Shown: positions 41,655 through 56,149 of the stretch, one piece after another | How positions within the stretch are numbered: position 1 is the stretch's first letter | Layout: the number at the start of each line of letters is the position of its first letter | Origin: Eledone cirrhosa | Taxonomy: Eukaryota | Length of the DNA stretch: 64,000 bases | Assembly (NCBI GenBank): GCA_964016885.1 | Contig: OZ024743.1 | Span: 154,504,001-154,568,000 of the forward strand | Direction: 5' to 3' | Program-made: the position numbers and the translations under genes | The notes under the pieces: generated by a model | Databases searched by the model: none | What the model was told of the DNA's origin: nothing | The model's input: the letters and a program-made list of their open reading frames with translations, nothing else

Positions 41655-41956
41655 TGTAGATAAATATACCAAAATATACGGTAGTGTCCAATCCGTATGA
41701 AGAACTCAATGTAATCCAAATATCATGAAAAGAGAAGATGTATTCAACATTTTTTCGATGAAAAACACAGGAAAACAGAGTCAAGATAAATTAATAAAAA
41801 TAATGAATAAAAACAAAGAAACAGTTCCTTATATTAAAAAAAATCAACATTTTACGATCGTTTCTAGGATATATATGTGTGTGCTGGTATGTATATCATA
41901 TAGATCTATGTAAAAGTTTTACAAACTATCAGAGGGAATATACATACCTACACATA

Positions 41957-42831
41957 GTATTAAGGATACTATTTATGGTTATGTATATACTAAAACCTTT
42001 TATAGTTATATATATTTTAAACCCTAAACAGTGAAAAACAGTAATTTATTACTACCTTATTACCAGTATGATAAATAGCTCAATATAATAACATCATTAG
42101 TTCTACTGAGCAGTTGTATAGAATTTACATAAATCAAAGTTCTGTTCAAACCATTTATTAGCTTACAATTGTTTGTTCCAAACCGAGGTTTGGAGTCTTC
42201 GGAGTAATTTTTCAATGATTGTTTACATACATGTCCTCCTTTTCAACACGAGACATACAGAAACATATGTATATATCGATGCACATGAACATGGTGGTGT
42301 ATACGAAAACCATAACATTATTTTGCTTCTCATTTTTAATATTTCTCTGCACACAGCTTCTATATCATACATAAAAAAATACTTTAACAATACAACACCC
42401 ATAATACTCTTGATTGCCCTATTAACGTGCTTGTATTGCATATAGCACCTTGCCGCAATATAATCTGATATAAATAAGACACACGCGCATGCCCTACGTG
42501 TAACCATTGCATACACTAACTACTTCAAACTATCCTCTTGCATTATCTTCGTAAACTGCCGATGTTATATTATAACTTTAATTTTGTTTTAATTTTCTTT
42601 TAATTTTTGAATGTAAATTGCCATGCTAAAATATTATAATGGATGTCACCCCACTGTGCATCGATATATACATACGTTTCTGTATGTCTCTTGTGTTGGA
42701 ATGGAGGTCATGTATGTAAACAATCATTGAAACATTGCCCCGAAGACTCCAAACCTCGGTTTGGAAGAAACAATTGTAAGTTAATAAATGGTTTGAACAG
42801 AACTTTGATTCATGTAATTTCTATAATTTCT
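41957..42831 (-). mobile_element. Nested solo pLTR fold-back insertion with 13 bp target duplication
   Basis: atacctacacata at 41944 and 42832; internal inverted arms ~42121-42285 and ~42655-42820. Confidence 0.8.
42734..42788 (+). ncRNA. Minimal hammerhead-like motif, CCGAAGA core (antisense copy at ~42155-42205)
   Basis: CCGAAGA-ctccaaacc tc ggtttggaa-GAAA-caattg-TA followed by aataaa; palindromic ACAATTGT. Confidence 0.6.
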
Positions 42832-43384
42832 ATACCTACACATATATGTGCTGTCTTCAGAAATAATGGTATTTGATTATTGAAAAAAAACAACAAAGAT
42901 TTTATATAATAGGTCTGTTTGGGAACAGGTTTTGAATTGACCAATAGAAAAGTAGTAAGTGGTGAAGTTGATAGAAGAGTAGTATTAGACATTTAATTTA
43001 AGAGTAGAGCAATGCAGACTTCAGTTTTGAATGGAAAGTGTATTTTGAATGAAAAGATCACTTTGGGTATGAAAATAGGTCAAGCCGATGAAAGGTACAC
43101 GAAAATTTGATGTTATTAAAGAATAATGCTAATGTTAAAATCTAAGGAGAATAAAATTTTACTATAAATGTGTTAGTGAAAAATATCAATCTTATTTAAA
43201 ACATAAGGAATATAGATCTATAAAAAGAAATTAAATTAATTTAGTTGATAGGTATATTTATAGGGATACATTTATATTAATTCATATAGATATGATAAAT
43301 AAGAGTTAGATGTTGATAAAGAATGTTGTTAAAAATGAAGGAACATTTTTTTTTATTATTATACATCGTATAATAATAAAAAAA

Positions 43385-44175
43385 CAACATCGAAACCGTA
43401 ATAGGCGAGTTACTTGGTATAATGCTCCATTTAATCTACAAATTAAGGATAATATACCTAAAAATCTGTTTACTATCCTAGAGAAAAACTTCCTGCCAAA
43501 CCATAGATACCATCAACTTTTAAATAGATCAACGGTCAAATTCTCCTACTCTACTACCAAAAATATACAACAAAATATAAGTGCCTACAATGCATATAAA
43601 TGTAAAATAAAAACATGAATATACCACCAACACATCAAACTAACCATAATACTAAAATAAACCATAGCAAACCACTATCTCATTCACATACAAGTCGAGA
43701 AAATTCCACACCTAATTTGACTAACTCCCCTGATATAACATTCACGAAAGGTTGTAACTGTAGAAACAAAGCAAATTGCCCATTAAAAGGAAATTGCCTT
43801 ATTAATAACATAGTATATACATGTAAAATTAGCACTAAGGACTCAACTTATTCATATATAGGAGCTACTTCTAACCAATTTAAAGTAAGATTTAATACCC
43901 ACAAATACAGTTTTAAAAATGCCGCATTAGCTAATACAACATCCTTAGATGAAATAATTAATAATTATAGAAAATAGAATATCGATTATAACTTGACCTG
44001 GAGTGTGCTCAAAAGGGCGAACCCTTATCAAAATAATAGATATGAATGTAGATTATGTTCCCAGGAACTTTTTGAAATAATGAAATCTGAGGATATCCTA
44101 TTAAATAAGCGACAAGAATTAATTATATCATGCAATCATAGAATTAGAAAAACTTTCAAATATTATAAACTAATT
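43385..44175 (+). pseudogene. Naiad-like PLE linker + GIY-YIG endonuclease remnant
   Basis: RNRRVTWYNAPFN..LLNRSTVKFSYSTTKNI, GCNCRNKANCPLKGNCL..IVY..YIGATSNQFKVRFNTHK, CRLCSQE..LLNKRQELIISCNH. Confidence 0.88.
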
Positions 44176-44721
44176 AATATACACTTATATTTTACAAATT
44201 ATTATAATTAATTTTTTTAAATTAGTTAAACTATAATTAATATTCTACTACTAAGAACTGCATAATTTGATTTCCCTTTTACAGCTAACTTTTCCTAAAA
44301 TTTATACCAATAAGTATACATATAAACTATTTTAATTTACTGTTATCCCCCCCCCCCCAAAAAAAAAATGTATTAGTGATAAATAACAAACTTATATAGA
44401 TTATAAGGAATTTAGATTCATAACAGTAAATTAAAATAGTTTATATGTATACTTATGGTATAAATTTTAGGAAAAGATAGCAGTAAAGGGGAAATAAAAT
44501 TATGCAGCATGACCTATTTTCATCCCCAAAGTAATCTTTTCATTAAAAATACACTTTCGATTCAAAACTGAAGTCTGCATTCCACTACCCTTAAATTAAA
44601 TTTCTACTACTACTATTCTATCAACTTGACCACTTACTACTTTTCTATTGGTCAATTCAAAACCTGTTCCCAAACAGACCTATTATATTAAATCTTTGTT
44701 GGTTTTTTTCAATAAACAAAT

Positions 44722-44858
44722 ATCATTAATTCTGAAGACAACACATATATGTGTAGGTATGTATATTCCCTCTGATAGTTTGTAAAACTTTTACATAGAT
44801 CTATATGATATACATACCGACACGCACATATGTATCCTAGAAACGATCGTAAAATGAT
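44722..44858 (+). ncRNA. Type I hammerhead ribozyme with ~100 nt stem II
   Basis: atcattaatt-CTGAAGA(44732)..ggtatgtatat..atatacatacc..GAAA(44840)-cgatcg-TA-aaatgat. Confidence 0.7.
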
Positions 44859-44911
44859 GAATTTTTAAATATAAAGAACTGTTTCTTTGTTTTTATTCAT
44901 TATTTTCATTA

Positions 44912-44971
<60 letters not shown>

Positions 44972-44982
44972 ATATACATATA

Positions 44983-45563
44983 CGTTTGTTTGTTTGTTCA
45001 CGAACTCCTCCTATGGTTTTTGAGATAGACCCCACAACCATATATATTCTGAAACTACATTGCTCAGGGTACTTAGATAACTATATTTCATTTTATTCAA
45101 AGTGTTCGCCAGAGGCACATACCCCGCTGAAAATCGTTTCCCTTCAATTTATATGAAAATAAAACTATAGGTCAATGACACGATCTGATATTGATTCACA
45201 AAATCTCAGCAAATGTCAATAATATGAAGACACTCTAATGGACGTTAAACACCCTATAGTGAACATTTTGGAAGCCCATAAGTTGAGTATTGGAACCACT
45301 ATTATCGCGGGTTTTTTCTATTAATTAATCGTAAATTAACAAAAAAAGCACCTCACTTTTATAGTAAAATTTGGTTAACTTAAACATTTTATCTATGGCA
45401 AAACATCACTAGAATTATGACAACAACAATTATTAGTTAATGCCTCTACTTTTTAACATTTTCCCTGTATTCTTTCTCCATAAATGATATCACTGTTTTA
45501 AAATCAATCATCATTTTCTCACAAAAAATGTGAAACGTAGCAAGGCGCGGCTAATTCAGCTAG
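44983..45563 (+). mobile_element. Non-autonomous Helitron-like element
   Basis: 5' (TGTT)n; 3' gcaaggcgcgg..CTAG followed by T. Confidence 0.5.
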
Positions 45564-45980
45564 TATATATATATAATATTATGTCGACATTACTGGCTAG
45601 ATTTAATTAACAGCAGCTCTAACGTAGCATGATACAGAATAGAGTTACAAAGGGAATATATATATATTTTTCAATCATTGATTATGATTTCCACATTAAT
45701 ACTGAGACTGAAATAGAGGCGACTATTATATGCAGACAATATCAGTCTCACGGAGAATGAATTTAAAAGCAAACAAAAACAACGTGACACACAGGTGTCT
45801 ACAGTCAAATACGTATGTTAATTAACACACAACCTTGAATTGGAGAAGGGCACATTCAGGTTACTTCTCAGAAATCAGGATAAGCCAAGTTTGTGCAATT
45901 GGATGTGTATGATTGTGACTGAACTACAACCTCAGATTATCGAAACCTATCTCTCCACTGGATGTGGCAGGGAGACATAC

Positions 45981-46070
45981 CCAGAATGCCGTAAATACGA
46001 ACATATGCCCCTTTTGTTTCAAATGATTGCAATTCCCAATAAAAGTCAATTACAAAATGCCGGTCTACAT
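45981..46070 (-). CDS. Candidate host-gene exon (90 nt) VDRHFVIDFYWELQSFETKGAYVRIYGIL
   Basis: tcttctag / G-gtatgt; open frame, phase 1-1. Confidence 0.6.
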
Positions 46071-46672
46071 CTAGAAGATGTTTCTCACATTGCCAATTGA
46101 AATTAATTTATTCCAGACTAGAACTACCCCAAAAAGCCTTCATATATGCTCCAAAGGAAAAGAAAAGTGAAAAGCATTGTGTATAATGAAGTTCTGTAAA
46201 TATTTTATAAATATCGTAACATACATTTTCTGTTTTTATTTATAAATTATATAGAAACTTCTTTTCCGTAAATGAATGTGCAGAGTGAAACCTCGGATTT
46301 TCGAAGTCTAGGACAATTCTTCTGTACGAATATGAGAGAGGTGAAGGGGGACACTCGTATTTACATATAGGCACCTCTCAGCCGTTTCATACTATAAAAA
46401 CGTAATCCTTTGATACCTAAGCATGTTTTGATCCTTCGGCACTTGATACTATTGTGAAAAGCGTTGAAGCTTAATTAGTTTTATATTCTCCAATTTCCGA
46501 ATCCACCATTCCAATGAGAAGTTTGCTGGGTAAAAGAGCAATACTTGCCCCCAAAACAACATAGTGAAGACCATCAACAAACACTCTCACAAATGATCTC
46601 TGTAGGTAGCCAGACCTATAAATATTTCGACGCTAAAGTTGTATAACTGTTATAAAGGTTTCCTATTATTAT

Positions 46673-46859
46673 AAGGGCGGTGAATTGGCAGTATCGGTAG
46701 AGGGTCGGACATGCTTTCCAGGGTAGTTACGTCCCTTTACCATCTGAGTTCAAATCCCACCGAGGTTAACTTTGCCTTTCATCCTTACGGGGTCGATAAA
46801 ATAAAGTACCAGTAATATATATATATTTGCTGGCCTCGTGCCAAAATTAAAAACAATTA
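46673..46859 (+). mobile_element. OK-type SINE
   Basis: Family similarity. Confidence 0.9.
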
Positions 46860-48382
46860 TTCTATTTTGGGAGGGTCATGTTGTTATGATATTGCAAGAA
46901 ATAAACAATGAAACACACTCACTGTTTAGTTTGGGTAGGTTTTCGCTTCAGTTTTATAAATGTTTTATAATTTTCCTAGAACACATTTTTCTATTCTTTT
47001 TTTACATCTTTCTGTATTTAGATATTGTATATACATTTTCAAAATTATGTTACTTAAATACCCTTTAACATCTTAACATCCTTTATTCCAAGGAAGATGG
47101 ATATTTCGATATATGACATCAGGTTTCTTATGGATAGATATGTGCACAGTACAGAGCTGAGCTATATTAAACTTGGAGTTGTTTTGTATGTGTACGCACC
47201 TACATTTTAAGGCATGCATACTTTCAGTTTTCTATTAAGTAAAGAGATGCTGCTTCGGAAGACTTTATGAGACAGAGATTCCACAACATTTTACGATTTA
47301 ATGATTTCAGCATAACACCCAAAGAGTAGTTTAAAAACTGAAGCCTCGTTAACATCTATTGATTCTAATGCTCAATTTGAAAACGAAGGAAAATATTTCC
47401 TTAGACTCATAAAAAAGGATCATACATTCTAGTAAAGAAAAACTGAAACACGTTTTTTACGGTTTTGTTGATTCTGCTGTGGGTAGTGGTCACTCTAGAG
47501 GTTATACTAAAGTAATATCAATGATTGCAGTGAATGTACTTTCAGGGAAGATCGAGTGGTTCCATCAATATATGTGATGGTGGAGATGGGTTTAAATTAG
47601 CTTTGTTAGACTTGCTTTTAGCAGTAGTGGTTATCTTATTGATGGAACGAATAGTATTCTTCATTTATTGAATGCAATGTCAGTTGTTTGAGTAAAACTG
47701 ACACTGTTGACAGTCGTATAGTTGTCATAAACTTATTGTTGCCAATTTGGGAATTCGTTCTCGATGAGTGAAGGAATGATTGTATGCGATGTTTAATCCA
47801 GATTTTTGGAAAGAGATACAAGTGGTAATCAGAGAACATGAACATATTGTTGTCGCAGTAGTAGAGACATGTTGTGAAAAATACCAATATGTGGATTGGA
47901 CGTGTTTGTGTGATGCCAAGTATTTGTCAAATATATTTTGTTTATATCTGATTAATAAATTATTAATGTAACACTTTGATATTTTACAGCATTTTTTTGG
48001 TAACAGTGTTAGCAGAGAATCCTATGAATATGAAGATCTCTGTAAATTTGTGGTTCCAATAAATATTTCTTTCCCTTTGCGCTATATAAATTGAGGGATC
48101 ACCTGAAAGATGTTTTCATCATCCTTGATTGAAGTGAATATCTATGAAAGTTTAGTAGATGATGTTTATAATGTGATGATATTATTCTCTTCCTTAATAA
48201 TATAAGCGTTGTTTTCAATAAGATTCAGTTCCAGAATACATACAGACAGTAAATAAAATAGTTATATGGCCATAGCATATTATATAAATTCTAAACTAGA
48301 ATAAAGCAAGGAGCGCGGGACTGCATTCAGAATATAATTTTTATCCCGTTTGTAAAATAAGTTGCATTACTTTGCATAAATA

Positions 48383-48578
48383 ATAGTTTCAAATTTTTGG
48401 TACAAGGCCAGCAATTTTATTGCACAAGGCCATTACATTACTGGTACTTTATTTTATCGACCCCGTAAGGATGACAGTTAAATTCGGCGGGATTTGAACT
48501 CAGGTCATAAAGGGACGTTACTCTATGCTTCAAAGCATGGTGTCCGACTCTCTACCGATACCGCCAATACTACCACCT
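48383..48578 (-). mobile_element. OK-type SINE inserted in a dispersed repeat
   Basis: TSD ctttg.ataaataat. Confidence 0.85.
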
Positions 48579-48741
48579 TTGAATAAATAATGAATGAATA
48601 TTACATAATTTATCTACTAAAATTCGTAACACATGATTAAATATATATTAAAAATATTATTCAAGATTTACTTTTAAAAAGATACAAATTTCAATATTTC
48701 CGGTATATCTATACTAGGGAGAGAGAGAGAGAGAGAGAGAG

Positions 48742-48795
<54 letters not shown>

Positions 48796-48953
48796 AGAGA
48801 GAGAGTCAGTTAAATAGAAAGGTGAAGCGATTTGGATTTTATTCAACACGCTGATGTGTGTGGTGGTATGTTGTTGTTCTTTGATTTTATAAAATTGCGA
48901 GGGCGAGAAACAGAAATTGTATGTGTGAGTATATAAAGAGAGGAGTGACTGTG

Positions 48954-50268
48954 GATCTCTGCGCCGCTGAGGCCCTGGAAATACTCTACGCCACAGACCA
49001 CATCTTAAACAAAAAATCTGAGGCAATTTCGGCTTGTAAACATAAATTGCACAAAACTTTCCTGTATTATAGCCCCACGTTATTCCCTAACGGATAGTAC
49101 GTTCTATACGTGGATATTTTACGTCTCGATGTGGGAGCTAAGTATATGTTTTGTTTATTCCTTTACTTATTTGCATAGGGAAGTATATATTATCCGTATG
49201 TTTTGTGAAGGTACGTATACCTTCTCGTACGTATATTTGATTGTTATGGCGTATAATCTTTTTATATATTCTGGTACATATGGTTCGACTATGTGTATAC
49301 GGGAGTGTTGCGTCTGTGTGAGTATGCAGGTTCGTACGTATGTAAGGCGTGTGTATATGTGTACTTCATGTTTGGTTGACTTACGTCTCCGAACATTCGT
49401 GTATTTATATGTAGATATGTGTGTGCGCTTGTTATATACGTATTTATTTATTTATATACGTTTATATAATTATTTATTTATTTGTATACACGCTTACACA
49501 CACACACATATTTATATGTGCGTGGTTTTGTTTACCTATGGTAAGTTTTTGCGTATGCTTGTGTATGTACGTTTCTGTTTGCGTGTATGTATTTATTTAT
49601 TTCTATTACTTCTGTATTGTATTTATTTACTTTGTTCTTAACTCCGTAGCGGAGATTCATTCGGTCTCCTAGTTAGAATTTAGTCTACGACATCTGCTAT
49701 AGCATGTACGTGGTTTGTCTTTGCGTGCTATTGTTCTCCCCCGCTCGATCTATGACGTATTATCTTCGTTTTTTCGTTCATCGCCAGAGAACGTCTCTAT
49801 GCACCACCTAAGAGAACATTAGTCTACGACCTCTATTATACTATAAACGCGGTTCTGTCTTTGCGCGTAATTGGTTTTCACCGCTCCTATTAATGACGAT
49901 TGGCAGTGTCAGTAGAGAGTCGGACGCCATACTTTCCAGCATAGTTACGTCCCTTTAAGATCTGAGTTCAAATTCCGCCGTCGTTGACTTTGCTTTTCAT
50001 CATTACGGGGTCGATAAAATAGCGACCAGTAATGCACTGGTTAATTTGCTGGTCTGGTCCCTAAAGTAGAAACAATTATATTCTTTTTTCCCGTTCTTAG
50101 CCAGCGAACGTTCCCACGAACCAAAGTATCGTCTTCCCGTCTTCCTCCGGTTGCAACGTTTTTTGAAATATCCAGTTCTGCGTTTACAGATTGACTTTGT
50201 TAGTTTCAGAAGATCCCGTTAAGGGTAAAAGCAGCGATTCTTTGCTTAAACTTTAATCTGTTATTTTA

Positions 50269-50275
<7 letters not shown>
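48954..50275 (+). mobile_element. 3' end of a Naiad-like PLE (ORF C-terminus 48954-49097, 3' UTR, pLTR)
   Basis: DLCAAEALEILYATDHILNKKSEAISACKHK..stop; terminal sequence shared with 22930-23190 and 35196-35413. Confidence 0.8.
49900..50079 (+). mobile_element. OK-type SINE inserted in a PLE 3' UTR
   Basis: Family similarity. Confidence 0.88.
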
Positions 50276-50320
<45 letters not shown>

Positions 50321-50327
<7 letters not shown>

Positions 50328-50748
50328 GAGATCAAAAGATGGTTAAAGGAGTTCCATGTATTTTATTATGCGCATTTCAAAAACAAACATCATCATGCAA
50401 TAATATTTGTGTTTTCATCAGATAAAACAGGAGAACATGATATGGAGGCTAAAAAACACTTGTGGATAGTGCAGTTTTAAATCAACATATGATAGGTTGA
50501 TTTAAAACTGCACTATCCACAAGTGTTTTTTAGCCTTCATATCACGTTCTCCTGTTTTATCTGATGAAAACACAAATATTATTGCATGATGATGTTTGTT
50601 TTTGAAATGCGCATAATAAAATACATGGAACTCCTTTAACCATCTTTTGATCTTATATTATGTATACTCCAGTCCTACAAACTGTAGAGTGATTCTTATC
50701 CGATATCTGCATTGCTTTATTGTACTACAATAAAACTCACCTCCTACG

Positions 50749-50750
<2 letters not shown>
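50321..50750 (+). mobile_element. Solo PLE pLTR fold-back (166 bp inverted arms, 9 nt loop, ~90 bp tail)
   Basis: 50321-50486 is the reverse complement of 50496-50661; contains a hammerhead; (TA)n on both sides. Confidence 0.88.
50555..50621 (+). ncRNA. Minimal type I hammerhead ribozyme, canonical core (antisense copy at ~50361-50427)
   Basis: ttttat-CTGATGA-aaacac..gttttt-GAAA-tgcgca-TA-ataaaa; palindromic stem III ATGCGCAT. Confidence 0.85.
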
Positions 50751-50815
<65 letters not shown>

Positions 50816-52615
50816 AAAGTTTTATTTAAAATTGTTGGGTTACAACAAGTAAATATCGACAAGTTTTTGGAGTAGATATACGATATTAAACAAATAGAAA
50901 CTATATTTATAAAACCACATCTACTTCATTATACATATTACGGGGATACCATATTAAAAATATGGCATGCCTTCGTCAGATAAAATACAATATATAAACA
51001 GTTTTATAAATAATTTTGACGTACCATAAATATGAGCGACCATTATGAAGGAAGTTGGTTTGCTAGTGAAGTGTTTATTAATATTTAGTGTTAAGCACAG
51101 TTATAAAGAAAGACGGAGAAAAAGAAGAAATGTATTTAAACAAAAACAGAGAGAAATAGAGAGAGATAGGGGAGAGAGAAATAGGGAGGAGGTGAAAAAA
51201 GAGAGGCAACCGAAGGCAACAGATGAATAATAATAATTCATCATACAAATTGAGAGGTTTAAGAGGAGTACGGTAATTATTTAGTTATAGTGTTAAGGAC
51301 AGTTATGGAGGAGAGGGAAAGAAAGAAAAAATGGAGATGAAGAGAAAACAGAGAGAGAGAGAGAGATAGAGGTGTGGTGGGGGGAAAGAGGGAGACAAAA
51401 TAATATTAATTATATTGGGGGAGGTGAAAATCAAGAGAGAAATAAGAGATAAACATGAGAGGCAAAGTCAAAACAACAGATACATAAACTTCATCATATA
51501 TAAAGAGAGAGGTGAAGAAAGAGCTATATCTAGAGAGAGGGATGATAGAGTTACATCTTTACGTCATGTCCTATCAATTTGAATTATCAATTCATATGAA
51601 CTGGGTAATATAATGTAAATATCAATATTCATGAATGAGACATAGATATATAATGTGTGAAAATAATTGTGCTCAATAATGACCATATGTTTAGTTTAAA
51701 ACTCTGAGGTCGATGTACCAAAAACTGAGACAAATCTTCAAAAAATTACCCTATTTATAAAAATACGGAGATATATAAGTATATACATACACATGCATAT
51801 GCACTTTCTGGAAAAGGAAAGAAAAAGAGAAAGAGAAAGTCATGTCAAGCTCTAGTTGATATTATAGACATACCCATGACTTTACGTGATCAACTCTGTA
51901 ATTTCTTGTTTTACAAAAAAAAAAATTTTTCCTTGTGTTATAAAAGATTTCACTATATATATATACATAAAAAATAAACGATTAATATTCATGCCTTCAC
52001 ATACATGATTATCGTTCATGTATAGAATCTCATGCATATCTGTAACATATACAGAACTATACCCACATACATATAGATATATATGTATGCACACATACAG
52101 GTACATGAACAGATAAAATATACTCTGTAGTCACTCCATATGCATATTAATACATATGGCTTTTGTACAGAGACAACCAGATATCAATATATCAGCACAG
52201 AAATATCAAACCGTTAAAATATTTCCATCACTCCCTAGAGTATATCAGGCCACAAAAACACAGTATGCTTCTTATATTTACCACACAAATCTACCCTTCC
52301 AATTTATCAGACAATATATTGCCAAGTTCTTTAGAAGCAATCAGAATCAAAAAGCAAACAAAAACCAAAAATTATTTAACAAAAATCATTTAAAGGATTT
52401 AGGAGACCCTGTGGTTCTACGGATGCTCTTATATTTGGTATAGAAGTTTATCTTGCGTAAAATTTATTTAATACATTGGGAGCATCTACATTTTAGAGTA
52501 GTTTAATTACATCATTAGTTTATATTTATGAAGAAGATTTAAAAGAAAAAGTTGAAGGAATCGAAAGATTTATCGTCAGGTTTCATACATTAATTAAATT
52601 TCTTAATTAATTATA

Positions 52616-53058
52616 CTACATTTTAAATTGGTATTTATATTTAAACGTTGAGTTCAATCTATGCCTGCAGCAACTGAATAAATTGCTCCTTAAATTAAGG
52701 GAATTTTTGGATTTGAATATAAAGAATATCTCCTCCACACAGAGATCACATATCTCAGATGAGGAATTAAAAGGAATCCCTCTTGAGACAATATTCCAAA
52801 ACATCGAATACCCAACGTTATCACGTTTAAGTTGCCAGAGTAAGCCTGATAGTGAAGTTGAAGATTTTTTGTTTGGATCTGTGAAAGAATTCTTATGATT
52901 ATTGTAGCGAAGTTTAAATTCTGTCGAGGTGGAACCAACATAGTTGAAAGAATTTAAGTTAGTTTTAACTTTACAATTGTATATTATATTTTTAACAAAG
53001 CAATTGTTATTTAACGGACATTTAGATTTATTTCTACAGTTACAGTTGTTTAATTGAT
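52616..53058 (-). pseudogene. PLE C-terminal Zn-finger + GIY-YIG endonuclease fragment
   Basis: CNCRNKSKCPLNNNCFVKNIIYNCKV..YVGSTSTEFKLRYNNHKNSF..TSLS..CDLCVEE..LNLRSNLFSCCRH. Confidence 0.88.
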
Positions 53059-54066
53059 GTATATATATATATTTAATTTATGTATATATATATAGTGAAA
53101 TCTTTTATAACACAAGGAAAAACAATTTTTTTTGTAAAACAAGAAATTACAGAGTTGATCACGTAAAGTCATGGGTATGTCTATAATATCAACTAGAGCT
53201 TGACATGACTTTCTCTTTCTCTTTTTCTTTCCTTTTCCAGAAAGTGCATATGCATGTGTATGTATATACTTATATATCTTCGTATTTTTATAAATAGGGT
53301 AATTTTTTGAAGATTTGTCTCAGTTTTTGGTACATCGACCTCAGAGTTTTAAACTAAACATATGGTCATTATTGAGCAAAATTATTTTCACACATTATAT
53401 ATCTATGTCTCATTCATGAATATTGATATTTATATTATATTACCCAGTTCATATGAATTGATAATTCAAATTGATAGGACATGACGTAAAGATGTAACTC
53501 TATCATCCCTCTCTCTAGATATAGCTCTTTCTTCTCCTCTCTCTTTATATATGATGACGTTTATGTATCTGTTGTTTTGACTTTGCCTCTCATGTTTATC
53601 TCTTATTTCTCTCTTGATTTTCACCTCCCCCTATATAATTATTATTATTTTGTCTCCCTCTTTCTTTTTCCCCTCACCCCTATCTCTCTCTCTCTCTGTT
53701 TTCTCTTCATCTCCATTTTTTCTTTCTTTCCGTCTCCTCCATAACTGTCCTTAACACTATAACTATATAATTACCGTACTCCCGCCCTCTTAAACCTCTC
53801 AATTTGTATGATGAATTATTATTATTCATCTGTTGCCTTCCGTTGCCTCTCTTTTTTCACCTCCTCCCTATTTCTCTCTCCCCTATCTCTCTCTATTTCT
53901 CTCTGTTTTTGTTTAAATACGTTTCTTCTTTTTCTCCGTCTTTCTTTATAACTGTGCTTAACACTAAATATTAATAAACACTTCACTAGCAAACCAACTT
54001 CCTTCATAATGGTCGCTCATATTTATGGTACGTCAAAATTATTTATAAAACTGTTTATATATTGTA

Positions 54067-54128
54067 TTTTATCTGACGAAGGCATGCCATATTTTTAATA
54101 TGGTATACCCGAAATATGTATAATGAAG
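54067..54128 (+). ncRNA. Minimal type I hammerhead ribozyme; the copy in the other arm (~50925-50985, minus strand) has a damaged GAAA
   Basis: ttttat-CTGACGA-aggcatgccatat..atatggtatacc-c-GAAA-tatgta-TA-atgaag. Confidence 0.8.
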
Positions 54129-54172
54129 TAGATGTGGTTTTATAAATATAGTTTCCATTTGTTTAATATCGT

Positions 54173-54204
<32 letters not shown>

Positions 54205-54366
54205 GTATACATATATATATTGTTTTGAGACGCGATTTGCTGCTACCACTGCTGTTATGGCTACCTCATACTACTCTCTCTCTCATTTATCTGGTGTTCG
54301 AATAGCAGACGGCAATACATATTTCAAACATACATTTGTTTCAAAGATTTATTTTCTCCGTGTCAG

Positions 54367-55402
<1,036 letters not shown>

Positions 55403-55403
<1 letters not shown>

Positions 55404-56066
55404 GGGAATATCAAAACTTCGTAAGTTTTCAGAAATTTGTAAACGTGATCTCGGGGGAAGAAAGTGTTTTTCTTTGGGAAAAAAATTTTTTTCTCTCGAA
55501 GGAATTACATAGGAAACTTTATATTTTTTAGGGAAACTTTATATTTTTATTTTTTATTTTATTAGCCACTTAATTTCTTCTAGTTTATTAGGCTTCTTGG
55601 AGCCTGTAAACTGTATGCACTTATTGAGGGATATTTTAAGGTGCTTCTACGGGATCCCAAGTCTTTTAGTTTACTGTTAATGCGTAAATTATATATTATC
55701 TAATGTTTAAACTTCAATCCCTGACCCCGATAACTAATATAAAAGAGCCCCCTTAGAATATAGACCCCAACTATACAAGCGGAGCTGCTGATGTATACCA
55801 CAATTTTAAACTGCTAGCCTTAAGTGATACGTTTGATGTAAATAATGATCTTACAATCACATGTTATATGCCTTGAAAAGTCCCAACATATGGTCGGACG
55901 AAACGGCTGTCGGCAATAAACTCGTTATAATGTCATAATAGTTCCTTTGTTCTTTTTCACTTATATTTCTGCTCTGCGTATACGCATAGAGCTTAGCTAG
56001 CTACCGTCACATATTTGGTAGGTCAGACGTGATCATCGCGATTCGCATACGACCTACCATACATCT
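55403..56066 (+). repeat. 5' direct pseudo-LTR plus tail
   Basis: Near-identical to 60774-61417. Confidence 0.92.
55864..55919 (+). ncRNA. Minimal type I hammerhead ribozyme, U3-A8 core variant
   Basis: gcc-TTGAAAA-gtcc..ggac-GAAA-cggctg-TC-ggc followed by aataaa. Confidence 0.75.
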
Positions 56067-56149
56067 TGCTTATTTAGCTCCCTCCGGTAGAGCTTAACCT
56101 TCACTGAAAAACACACCGCCCTGGGGTGGCTTTTCAATACACTGACAGT

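Larger units (their letters stand above)
41652..44917. mobile_element. Rearranged Naiad-like PLE insertion with inverted pLTR arms
   Basis: ~41785-41956 plus 42832-43085 is the reverse complement of ~44510-44917; ORF remnant in between; (TA)n flanks. Confidence 0.85.
50812..54175 (-). mobile_element. 5'-truncated Naiad-like PLE with ~1.1 kb inverted arms
   Basis: ~50876-51965 is the reverse complement of ~53085-54175; GIY-YIG domain in the spacer; (TA)n flanks. Confidence 0.9.

Noticed and set aside
51045-54007. Two near-identical 61 aa ORFs on opposite strands
   Set aside because: Chance ORF in GA-rich sequence duplicated by the inverted pLTR arms
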